From NCBI RefSeq assembly GCF_006345805.1, contig NC_042998.1, forward strand, positions 118,110,001-118,174,000: a stretch of DNA of 64,000 nt. The letters run 5' to 3'. Shown here in pieces: positions 51,909-64,000 of this stretch. Position numbers and translations under genes: made by a program. Under the pieces are notes generated by a model. It was not told where the DNA came from, ran no database searches, and worked only from the letters and a program-made list of their open reading frames with translations. Source of the DNA: Octopus sinensis (lineage: Eukaryota). How positions within the stretch are numbered: position 1 is the first letter of the stretch; the number at the start of each line of letters is the position of its first letter.

Positions 51909-53479
51909 ATCTTCTTAATTGCCTCTCTTTATGTGTTAGATCCCGAGTGTTTGGGCGTGATTTGTTTAATTCATATATAACTTTTTTCTTTGAACAACAT
52001 GACATGTGGTTTAATTAGTTTACTGTGTTCAGGATTCTGTTGCTAAATTTTACTAGAACAGTGTGAATAAATTATCCGTAAAGTATTTTACATAAGAGGA
52101 TTTCTATTTGATTTTTATCTACAGTTGTCTTCATACAAAGAAGTTATATCCAATTAATCCTTTTGCTAAAATATTTTAGCAGTAGAGAGAAAATGTGTGT
52201 GTGTGCGTGTGTGTGTATTGGTATGTGTGTCAGTGTGTGTGTGTGCGGGTACGTGCGTGTGTCTTAACGGAATATTTCTTTTCTCATTCCTGGATAGTAT
52301 ATTTAATTGTAATGCATATATTTGACAGTGAAACGCTAGTTTGCTGCTCATTTTTACCATTGGTGCAACCGCACTAATAGTACTGACTTATGGAATTCAA
52401 TGGTTCTGGATACTGTCAATGTTTCCGGTTGTGAAAATATGTCAAACTAAATTTCTTTTTCTTTTCAATGTATTCAGCGATAGCGCTTGCAATCACCAAT
52501 AAACTATTACTACTACATATCAATTTACAACATGGCTACTCTCCTAGACGTAAGTTAGCTTATCCATTTCAATGATGATATCGTAAATTCTACGCACGCT
52601 AACATCAGAGGCGATAAGAATCTCTGAGTTTTGGGACATATTTTAGTTTGCGATGTACTGAATAGTCGTTGTTTTTTTATTCTAGATTTTTCAATAGATG
52701 AGTCGTATATTTGTATATTTGTGATTCTCTTACTGTCCCAAAAGGTAATCTAGGAACATTTGTAACAATTTTGTACACTTCATTTGTTCATTCCTTGTTT
52801 ACTATAGCTCTTTTTGGAATGAGTCATCTCCATATTCAACTGTTACAGCTACTACAAAATAACAAAGGGATGAAGGGTTCGGCATGCCGTGGTCAATGAC
52901 ATGCATGAAATTACGCAGTCTACCACTCAAACAGAGATTTTAGGTGGGCGCCGTCTATGTCCTATTCACTTTACACATCGCCTGTTTTACGAAGCTGTAT
53001 TTCTGTTCGGTATATGGGATAATGTCAGAGGCAGTGTTCTCCCAGTTGGCAAATTTGTTGATGGGACGTCCACTCTATCAACGTAGAGAGGGCCTGCAGT
53101 TATTATAATCCACGTCATATTCGGAGAGTCACTACATGCCAATGAAAAACAGCCAAAGAATTTATGCTGAAGAAATTTTGACTTAAAATATAGGTAACAC
53201 CAGACATTTCCAGATTAGTGGCGACCCCAAGATGAATTACTGTTTCTCATTAATTTCTACTAGCAACGGATTGATGTCTTTTGTATCTATCTGATTTGCA
53301 ATAAAATAACGAAGCTAATATTCACATAATCACTCATTGTCCGAAAATTTCTACTTTGTCATGCAGAGTCGAAACGGTGTTGATCGTGCGAGGTGGATCC
53401 CGCAGTCGTTTGATTCCATAATATCACACCTACTGCCTTATTTTCACGAAATAGTGTAGGCAACTTCCTTCTGCTTCTG

Positions 53480-53720
53480 CTTAGTTGTTACGAAGAAGGA
53501 AGCTGTATTACTGACGATCTTAGACAATTTTGAGAAAGACCAATATCAACACCTACAAGTATCAGCAGAAGTTGAAGGTAATTTTGGAAGAAATGGTCTA
53601 CTCTCAAGGATATTAGATAAAAGACAAATGCAATTTGCCATCTTGTTAAGTATTCTAGATTCAGACAGCAAGTGTTGTTTTGATGTCGCAGTCTGGAGAG
53701 TTCAGTTACCTGGATCGGAA
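53480..53720 (+). mobile_element. Old RTE-group LINE 3' fragment
   Basis: A single frame reads VTKRKLYY*..YQHLQVSAEVEGNFGRNG..DVAVWRV, resembling KRKL.YFGH..EGKIEGKR.RGR..DR..WR. Confidence 0.45.
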
Positions 53721-55729
53721 GATGTGCGAAAGCTTAGATGTTTCGTGATCTTGCTTCAGTCACCGTTCCTGACTATACGATGGAATATTTTTTATTGAAT
53801 TTTTAATTTGCTGTATTACACTCTTCAAAACGCAGATTTATAGCTAAGGTATAACCAACGAGTTTTGTAGTCCCTTTATGTTGTATGATTTTCATTTTCA
53901 GTAGATCGGTGTCTAATAAAATGTCCACGGGCAACAATTAATATTGTTCCGCGTTGTTGTTATTGCTGCTGTATTTTTTGCCTATGAGGTCTCTTGAGGT
54001 GTTCTGATTACAACATTAAATGGGCAGGTTTCGTTTCAGATACATTACACAGAAATTATTTCAGAAATGGATTGAACTTCTACCCCATCAAATCGTGATT
54101 GATTAGAAGTCAGATTTTAGACTGCTGCAGATGGTTCCGACTTATGGAGCTGTAGGAGTGTAATCTAATTACAGTGATAGAACTAAATATACAGATACAC
54201 CACTAAGTGCAAATGTCTGCTTGATTTTCAACGAAGAGGAGTGGAAACGAGAGACAGTTATGAGGACTATGCAGCTGACACTTCAATCATACCCCACTAA
54301 ATTAATGGCAAAGTAAAGGTGCTACCGCCAGATACCCTGGCTATGACACTGATTCGTGGATCGCTGAATTATGTCAAGTGAAATATTGGTAGGGTTGACT
54401 ATAGCGCTGCCAAGAAATAGAATGTGGCCAAGATGATTGTGCATGGATTTACTTGTTTTAATCAAAATAGTCTGTTAATTTGTACTACAATTTATTACAG
54501 AAGACCATCAGTGCATAATACGTAATAGTTGAGTCACAACATCCAGTGAATTATTATTATTTTCTTTTTGTTACATTTCGATATCAAACGAAAAGAACAG
54601 ACAAAGTGAGAGAGGAATGCAACAAGGACAGCTGCAGAAGTAACAAGAACAGCAATTCACGGAAACAGCTCTCTGAACATCAATGCCCTTTGCCCCGCCT
54701 TTTTCCTGGCGCAATACACATCGCACCCTGAGGATGAAAATCAAAGACAAACTTGTGACTTCCCCGTTCAGAATCAATAGTGTCACGAAAGCGAAAACTA
54801 AGCAATTTTTTCAGAGTATTGCAGATACGGAATAGGGAAAAAGTACTAACAGAAGGGGTTTCCAAAGAATTATTACTCCAGATGAAACTAAGTACAAGCC
54901 TTCGTCTGAACTTGTACTAATATTTTAATTGTGGAACTAATACAATGTTGCAAGACATTTTATGAATGATTTCCACTTACTGTAAACATAGAAATAAAGC
55001 TACATAAATTCAACAAACGTTTAAAAGATATAACATTAATAAAGACCATAGTAAATAAATGGCAGACAGACTGAAGGTAAACAAAATATGTGAGGAGCTC
55101 CCCGCCGTTTAAAAGTCCGGTTGAATTTCACAGATTTTCAAAATAAATAAACAAGAACTAATAAAACTGTTAAATGAAACGGTTAACTGATAAAGTGTAT
55201 TATTTGAGGAGGAGATGGTCTCAGATTCTGTGCACACCAAAATAAATGCCAGGCTGGTAATGAACAATCACTGACGTAACGCATGAGCAATTATTTTGTC
55301 TACCAATTTACATTTTGTATAACATCTAAAAGATATTATACCGAGTCCAACCTAAAATTTCTAACAGGATCCCTATGATATTAGCATTTAAATGGGCGGC
55401 AGGGTTAGAATTTCTTCTGGTGCATATACGTATCTCAAAAGATGGTGGTTTCTCAAATAAGTGATGCTTATTTAAACTGGAGTTATCATTTGTTATTGTT
55501 TTAATATATTTTACGCAATATTATTATGTATGTGTTATTTAATCTATATTATTGATAATTTTATCAAATATTTAATATGATTACAGTATAGTGCCCTGAC
55601 AACAAACTTCGTTTATTCACAACTTTATCTCATCCTCATATAATTTTAATTTCCATTTTCCTTATTCCTATATATATATTCATAGGTATAAGCTTATGTA
55701 AAAATGTATAAGCACATATTTCTATAGAG

Positions 55730-55731
55730 GG

Positions 55732-55767
<36 letters not shown>

Positions 55768-55830
55768 GTTGTTGTTGTTGTTGTTGTTGTTGTCGTCGTC
55801 GTCGTCGTCGTTGTTGTTGTTGTTATAATC
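55730..55830. repeat. Compound trinucleotide tract (ATT)n-(GTT)n-(GTC)n-(GTT)n
   Basis: Direct reading; adjacent blocks differ by single substitutions. Confidence 0.95.
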
Positions 55831-56500
55831 GACTGGAGTTGATGTAATCGACAAGCCTCCACGCCAAGAATATCAAGCCTTATACCAATTGTAGAAATAT
55901 TTATCATCGTCATCCTCATCATCACCAACATAACCATCATCATCATCATCATCATCAACAGCAGCAGCATCACCATTATAGTTGCTTTTGTTGCTATTGT
56001 TTCAGTTGTTGTCGGCTGTTGTTATAATGTAACATTCATAATAACATGCAGATGAAAAAAAAATCATCAAATCAAATATTTTACCTTTTTCTCATTGTAT
56101 ATTCCATTGAGATATTAGTGTAGGTAGATGGGAGACATTGATTTATAAATCACCCTGAAAAAAATATTGAACTACATTTAATCGTAATTTATGCGATTTC
56201 ATTGAAGAATTTATTCTTCAATATACTCTGAGACATAAAATATTTTCTTTTCCATACAGCTTCTGTTGTTAACTTGTAATTGTATCATTACTGTCAGAAA
56301 ACAGGTATATCTTTAAGGAAAATCAAATTTCCTAATCTGGTCTCCTGCACTCATTTTATTTATTATGATATAAAATGGGAAACTCGCATAATCGCACATA
56401 TAAATGTTATAAAGAAGCACAGACACACTGACATATATATTATACATGATTTATAGACGTCTCTCATTCCCTCTCACCTTCTCTCTTTAATTCCATTTAT

Positions 56501-56545
<45 letters not shown>

Positions 56546-56580
56546 CATTTGTACATCTATGTATATATATACATTTCTAT

Positions 56581-56649
<69 letters not shown>

Positions 56650-57779
56650 TGTGTAGTATGTATGTATATATATATGTGAGTATGTATATACATATGTATG
56701 TATTTATGTCGAGCAGCCAATAAATTCCAAAAGACAGCGGCAAGTTTATATATCGCTAAATTAGTGTTTTACATATCAAAAGGCACACACCATTTGTTTC
56801 TATTTCTTGCTTTAAAAAATCCTACTTTCTGAAGAAAATGGGGAAACAATCTAAAAACAGTTGCTTTTAATACTTAATCTTTTATTTTTCTGTAATTCTA
56901 ATTCAAATTATAACCAGTTCAATGATACACCACAGTTACCAAGAAATAAATCAGAAACAGAAATTTATAAATTTTTATCTCATGTCAAGACAGCTATAAC
57001 ATGTGTGAAATGTTTAAGTTGTTTCTTTCTTTTTTCGTTTTTTTTTTATTTATTTGTTTTTGCTTTCTTCTATCCAGTAACATTATCGTTATTACAATGC
57101 AGTAATATATTTTATAATGTTTTTATGTGTTGAGAAACACAACAGTCAATTGCCGACTGGTGTCATTTGAATATAAAGTCTTTTAAACGAGAAGAAACTG
57201 AAGCACTTCATGTAAATGAGTGTTATGATATGTGATACAATAAGATTCCGCATTTTATTCGCTTACGGGTATATGATTTCATAGAACTAATGGCATTGTA
57301 TTTGTCACCCACTTGAAATGCAGTTGGTATTTTACATGCTTCTTGCAGGGCGCATTACCTATCTGACGAGAAATGAATATGCTGCAGACGATACAACGTA
57401 AACTGTTGAGACATGTCAGAAAACCGTGACCTTCTCAATTCTTGTTGAACTAGTGATCATGAAATCAATGATGGAAGAAATAAAAGCAAATTGTTTAGAA
57501 ATCAAATAGAGATTTACCTTTCCCATAAAACATGGTAGGTAAAGGGGTTATGTAATAGCTATGCAATGGAGAAAATAATATTAGAACATAATTGATGGGA
57601 TTTTGATTTCCTTAGTAACTATGGAAGAAAACTTTGGATTCATTTCCATCTAATCCTCATATTATCATCAAAGCATAAGCTTGAATCGTTTCGTAAAGAT
57701 ATTTCAAAGAAATCGTCCAAATAAAGACAATATTTGTCCCGTTGGTACTTTCTACTTTTCCTGTGCACAACTAAGTAAT

Positions 57780-58720
57780 TTCGTCTCCGTTTCCAATTTC
57801 CACTCCGCTCTTGAGTTTATTTCTGTCATTTCCGACAACTTTGTCAACTTTCTAGACATCTCTTTCGTTCTACTGATCCCTTTGTCCACTTTCTCAAAAC
57901 TTACATTCACTTTAAACCTACCCTTCCTCGATTTTCCTCTTCTTACCCTTTGTAAACCAAAGGCGCCATCTCTTACGCCCAATTCTGTCGTATTCGAAGT
58001 CTGAGTAGCGTCGACCAGGATTTTGGTAACACAGATTTTAATATTTGTCACGTCTTTTCACTCTTTGTTGATAATCCTCCATCCTTGCCATTCCGCTTAA
58101 AATAATGCCCGCCAAATTGACGGCATCTATACCCTCTCTACCCATCTCAACTAGGCTCTAAACTGCATCCCCTTTCCCCTCTAACCTACACTTCGTCAAA
58201 AAGTCTTACGGACCTTCCAAAGTCTCCATTTCGCTACTAGCACGTGTCCTTCAACGCGCCAGAAACTACACGACTAACTGGGCTGTAGCATCATTCCTTC
58301 CTCTGCTCCCGCTTATATTGGATCCTCTCTTGCTCTAGACCCCGTTGCCCTACATGTCCGTTCATTACCAAAACCACCTCCTTCACAGGAACGAACCAAC
58401 ATACTGCTTACATCTCTGCCTTTTCCTCATTCACCGCATCTGATATCATTTATTGAATTAAATATACTTTTTGAAGATATATGTATGCTGAACAGACTGG
58501 CCGCCGTGTAGTTGACGGATTTATCAAACATTTATAGGATATCAATCTCATGAAAACTAATCCTTTTGCCCAGCATTTCATGTACCCAACACTTCAGTGT
58601 TCGACTTGGCCATACATAACAAATTTACTACAACCAGGCTTCGCAAGGAGCAACGCTATATCTTCTTAGTACGGACGCATACAACTTTTCGACTTAACCA
58701 CCCACTCTTTCTTGTAACAG
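57780..58720 (+). mobile_element. Penelope-like element (second family), RT C-terminus to GIY-YIG, decayed
   Basis: SNFHSALEFISVISDNFVNFLDIS, TYIHFKP, FLDFSSSYP, TKGAISYAQFCRIRSLSSVDQDF, IPFPLTY, SDIIY..YAEQTGRRVVDGFIKHL.DI..PFAQHF, RLRKEQRYIF. Confidence 0.85.
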
Positions 58721-59622
58721 GTTTCAACATCCATCTCACTCACCAATCTCATTTTCGTTTCCTCTGTTTCGCCCCTCCCTTTCTCTCTCTACTTAGCTTC
58801 TACACACTTTCATACATACATTACCCCTCCCCCAAACACACGTTTACATATAATCAGAAGCATGAACCAAAATCTCCTCATGTGCACAAATATACGTACC
58901 TTAGTACACACACATACACGCGCAAACACATAAACACATACTTGCTCATACACAAAAATGCACATACGCATGCAAACACATACTTGTACAATCAGTGTTA
59001 TACTCGCAACTCAAACGCACATCCTTCAGGCTTTCGATGCACATTCTGTTGATGCTGCACCTTACGGCGACTGACATTTACACACACTCAAGAAAAAACA
59101 TAAATGTACACATATACTACAACCCACGCAGCACTCACTAATAAACAAACACGTGACTCATAACTCGCACACACACACACACACAAACACCAATAGGCAA
59201 TTATTCAGTCTACTGCCTTAATGTTCTATCTAACGTCAACTTTCAGTTAGTCATTATTTGTCCATCTAAAGACACACGTGCTTTTCTCCGAGTTACCCAC
59301 ACCTTCCTCCATTTCATCTTCTCTGGTCATTTTTTCCTTTATTCAACTAAGAGCCATACCTGCAGCCTCTTCCTCGCGCGTAAGTCTAATATATTTCCTG
59401 TGCACGTCCAATTGACTTTCATTGTTGTCTCCTTTTTGTTCTTGAATTTACCTATGTGCATATATATATCTGCGTGTGTGTGTCTGTGTGTGTGCATCTA
59501 TATATACATATATATAGATAGATATGACATATATACACACACATATATATGATGTATATATATATATATATCTTTATACATATATATTTATATATACATA
59601 CATGCATACATATATATATATA

Positions 59623-59901
59623 TACTAGCTGTTTTTCCCGGTTTCACCGGGGTAGTTTGGTTGATGTTGCTGTAAAAACTGCTATCTTCTAAATATTTAC
59701 CTCCTCTTTATATTCAAACACCAAAAATAAAGGTTAAAAAATATTTAAGAAACCAAAAATTAACAGAAAAAGATAAAAATTCAAATAAATAAAGATGTTA
59801 AATTGCCGATAGGTGTAGTAACTGGAAGATTTCAACCAACACACACATGCACAAACGCACACGCATACGCACACATTCACATACCCCACACCTTTTATAT
59901 A
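59623..59901 (+). mobile_element. Possible non-autonomous Helitron/Helentron-associated short element
   Basis: Starts TACTAGC followed by a GC-rich subterminal hairpin CCGGTTTCACCGG, has a (CA)n tract near the 3' end, and ends CCTTTTATATA. The architecture is recalled from DINE/HINE-like elements. Confidence 0.4.
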
Positions 59902-60569
59902 CACGCATATATTCACACAAATTTGAAACGCTGAAAAACTAAATCCACGCATAAAAATGGAAGTTTATATATGTATATGTGCATGTAAATATGAATGCGA
60001 TATGTGTGTTTTGGTGTGTTTTGTAGACTCACAATACTGATTTTTTTTTTTCTTGTTACTAAAGAAACATTAACAATGCTGTAGAACAGCTTTACACAGA
60101 CTGCTTGTCTTGAGCTAAATTCCTTACTGCATGCAAGCCCTATGTAGAACATTCAAATTACTTCGTTATAAGCATTTCCTGCTTATATAAAGTTAAAATT
60201 AATAGTTAATAAAATAATGGTATCAAATTTTCTTTCAAACGCTTGAAGCAAACCATAGCTTAGATTTTTCCTATATCAGAGTTCAAATTGAGAACGCAAA
60301 AATAACTTTTTCATCCCCACAAGAAACAATAAATATATGTACATTCACGAAAATTAAATATAATATGCCAACATCCAATAAAATATAAACAAATGGAAGA
60401 ATAAAACACCACAGGGAAAACAAAGGTACTCTATCTTTAGGCTAAAGCAACATGATGTTTGAAGCCACTAGAGGACAAGAAATCTGATTATTTGAGGAGA
60501 AACCACTGGTTGTCTTTGATCATAATTTCTTATTAACATACACGGATTTAATATGGCAGTACGAATATT

Positions 60570-60625
60570 GCTATACGACACGATCTGTATATTTATATTT
60601 TCGAACACAGATCGTGTGGTATAGC
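60570..60625. other. Isolated 19-bp stem, 18-nt loop hairpin
   Basis: GCTATACGACACGATCTGT (60570-60588) pairs with ACAGATCGTGTGGTATAGC (60607-60625) at 18 of 19 positions. Confidence 0.85.
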
Positions 60626-63600
60626 CAGCTGGAGACGATGTCTCCTGGGACTAAATTACAGCAACACTTGTCCTAAACCTGGGCTTCCATATTATGTTGA
60701 CAAAAATCTTAACTCCAAAATTACTGTTGCTGAATATCTCTCGTGAGATTTAAAAATACTAATTTTCTAAGTAAAATGCATGTGTTCATATGTAAATAGC
60801 TGATTATTCCAACACATATGACTATTACTTTCGTAAATGTGACGGAGTGCGATTATATACCAAAATACTGAAATCCAGAATCTCTCTATGAACAAATCAT
60901 AAAGTATCATTTTGATTACACACTCAAACTCACCCTTACCAGTTTGGCTCCTCTTGCAGTCTGGTTTTCAAGATGCGTCGAATATCCAGTATATAAATTA
61001 CACTTTTCTTAATGAGAAGGTGTATAATCCTCGATTTTTGTCAACATTACCTCTAGGAGGGTTTTTTAAATGCATGTAAGTTGCTGATGCCCTTCCTTAT
61101 GCTTAAACTACAGTTGTAGTTCGACCATTTCGAGAATTTCATTCCAAACACAATTTTCGAGATTCGGTCATTAATCTTAAATTTAAATTCATTTAGCCTG
61201 CACTCAATACTATTTCCTGTGTCTGTTTTCTGTGATGAATCTTTGATCCATAAATTAACCACGACACAAATTTTTTCTTCAAACATCTTGTCAAACCCTG
61301 GCAATATTTCTTCCCTTCATACCGTAGCTCACTCAACCAATGTAACACACTTCCTCATTATTATATTACTTTTGGATTCATTACTATATTTAGTAATATC
61401 ATATACTATATTTCTAATATTTTAAATAATTTTCTGCCATGTCATTTTGGAGAATACTTGATTCTTAAGATTATTTTCTACTTTCCTTAGTCCCTAAACA
61501 CACACACATGCACGCACGCACGCACACCCACACGTACACATTCATGCACACACACACACACACACACACAAACATACACACACACACATACACATAGCGC
61601 GAATATGTATGGCATCTACACAATAAACTTATGCAAAACATCTCTTTACCAGATTTTACTCTTTAAAAGTTGAGAAGTATCTTCCTATGTATAACGCGAA
61701 GTATGAAAGAACTGTGAAAGATGTGAGGACAAAGAAAACCTGATGACTTATGCTGGTATTTGAATATTTTGCATAATTTTTATTTCCTACGTTGTCACAT
61801 GGTAAATTGTTTTAGATGCAACAAAACTTCGCATAAATTGGTAATATTATTGTAGTAACATTTATCTAATGGACTCAAAATTGATTCCGTGGTATATTGG
61901 AGTCGGCGAAACATGAAATTTAAATGCGTTAATATTTTGCCCTTTTTCCGATGATCTACTGATTCTGCCTTTCGACAATAATGTAAATAGATCATAAGTG
62001 TTAGTAGGAAGAAAAATAACTGAATAGTCAGTATAAAAGTAAAGAAAACCGAAGCATAGATTACAAGTGAACGAATGAACTCTAAATTTTAATTTTTAAT
62101 AAGTCATAAGTATTAAAATACAAGAGAGTGTGTGTGTGGAACCTTCATGTAATAAGTGTGAAACATCAAATATCTGAATAAAGGTTGTTATTCACAGAAA
62201 TATTTTTTGTGAAATTGAGTAACAAATTTGTTGTAACAAGGTTGTTGTTATTAAAATGTAAGAAAATTGAATGCTAGGCAAAATTAGAATTGTCCATACT
62301 GATAGAAAATCTGAATCTAACTACATTTCTTTTGAAAAATAATATTAATTACATGCTTGAAAAATATATGGCAGCTTGAAAAGAAAACTGAATAGCCTAA
62401 AATAACCACATGTAAGAAAATAAAAGTAGCTAGTCTGTCATAATATTTATCAGAAAGAAGAGATAAGATTTCCTTTATCATTAGACAACACCCAACATTT
62501 TCTTCCTGGATTACCCTTTGAAAATTCAATGAATGCTAGGTACATTTATGATACAAAATCCGGGCAAATGTGTTTCACACTTCTCTGACTGGGAATCCAC
62601 ATCTTATAAATTTCTGGCGTCCGCAAATCTGCTTTTACTCATATTTCTGTATATATACATGTTTATGATATTTGTTTTTAAATGATTTTAAAATTTACTG
62701 CACATTCCGCAAAGTTGAACGATATAAAGCATAAATATTTTCCAGTGGTTCTGCACTTCATAGTTTCGTAATTACTTGTCTTCTGTGCGGTAGATCTGCT
62801 AGAAACACAAGACAAATTTACCATAAATCATATGCTGTTCTTTTCAGAAAATGAAAAAAAATGCATAATGGAAACGATAGATATTGATACGTAAAAACAA
62901 CGGGTTTGCCATAGCTAAAACATTTATTGTGGTAATAAATCAGAGCTGACCTGCTAAAAAGCATCAATAAAAATATCTCAGCTGCAACATTGCCACCTAT
63001 AAATACTAGTTTGCTTTTGATATATTAGGTATCTAACTATAACATATTACTCAAGCAAATTAACGAGCAACGATGTTGTTACACTTCTCACCATATTTCT
63101 TACTACGAAGAGGTATATAAGCGCTCTGTTTCTTCCCATACGTTATAGTATTGCTCACACACAGATATAGTAAAATAAATTTTAAACGAAATGTTAAGCA
63201 ACATCCATTAAAGCCATAACCAATGTATATAAATCAAAGAATAATTGACCTTAATAGTGTCAGAATTTCTGAGTTACATCAATTTTGATGCGAATATTTG
63301 CATGTCACAAAATACTAACTTTTGAAAGAAAGCATAAAAAAGACATTTAATTCTACCTAATGCAATCACGTCTCCAGATCAAATATAATGTCTCTTCTAC
63401 ATATATTTGCCTCAACATACCTAATAAAGAGAGCTCTTTTACTTTCTAGCTAGAGTATTATCATTTTTATCTCCACAGCTTTAGTTTAATAGCAACTGTT
63501 ATGAAGCAGCACCACTATTTAAATTTGTTCCATTATAATAATCATAGGTTGGTGTCTCACAGAAATGTTGAACTCCGAAAGGTGTTCAAGCGTTACTCTT

Positions 63601-64000
63601 CAGTCTTTTTACAACAATAGTATATGTACGACCATACTGTAAAAACTGGCCTTCATTTTGAATATTTTAAATATTGAACTACTGTCATACTTGAGGGTTA
63701 TTTCTTTGCTACTTTCAACAGATTGAACAGGTACCTAGTGAAATTTTAGTACACTTCAGAGAAATATGAGATTTTGTAATTTGTATTACATGTTTAGTAA
63801 AGACATGACTCAATCTGTGTGGTTGATTCTTGGCTAAAATTTTACATGCATATTTCCTTTAAAATCCTGCTATATGAAACTTACGGAAACACTCAATAAA
63901 ACACCTTTCATAATTCCTCCTCTGTATTCATAACCAATTGCAAATTGGGACCCTAAACCATTATACTCCTCTCAACATAAATCAAGCTGCATTTACATAA

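Noticed and set aside
53725-53765. Minus-strand CTGAAGCAAGATCACGAAAC as a hammerhead
   Set aside because: The core deviates and stems I-III could not be formed convincingly.
53514-53798. ~94-codon stop-free frame as a host exon
   Set aside because: Better explained as a decayed RTE LINE C-terminus; a frame of this length can also occur by chance in 64 kb.
54540-54900. Faint mariner-like N-terminal remnants (HPEDENQR; GIGKKY..)
   Set aside because: Similarity is too weak and no TIRs were found.
61053-61995. ORFs 61053..61304 and 61795..61995
   Set aside because: Short, with no motif or splice support; within chance expectation.

Overview
AT-rich, microsatellite-dense eukaryotic DNA with no host protein-coding gene, rRNA, true tRNA or CRISPR array that I can support. 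The SINE families resemble those I recall from Octopus or another coleoid cephalopod, but this assignment is from memory and unverified. The window is mostly decayed mobile elements: Penelope-like elements (PLEs, RT plus GIY-YIG), CR1-, R4-, RTE- and possibly R1/I-group LINE fragments, two tRNA-derived SINE families, five IS630-Tc1-mariner types (DD34D mariner, DD37D maT, DD37E TRT, Tc1), a Chapaev-like remnant and a possible Helentron-type short element. Most listed ORFs are translations of microsatellites. The most striking signal is a set of minimal type I hammerhead ribozyme (HHR) motifs in short PLE-terminal-repeat-like units. These include a 354-bp spacer-less palindrome (36497-36850) with an intact HHR on each strand, a repeated ~200-bp HHR element whose two copies share a non-canonical core, and a family with an apparent U3-A8 compensatory core. 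All motif calls were made by eye, and element boundaries are approximate unless stated.
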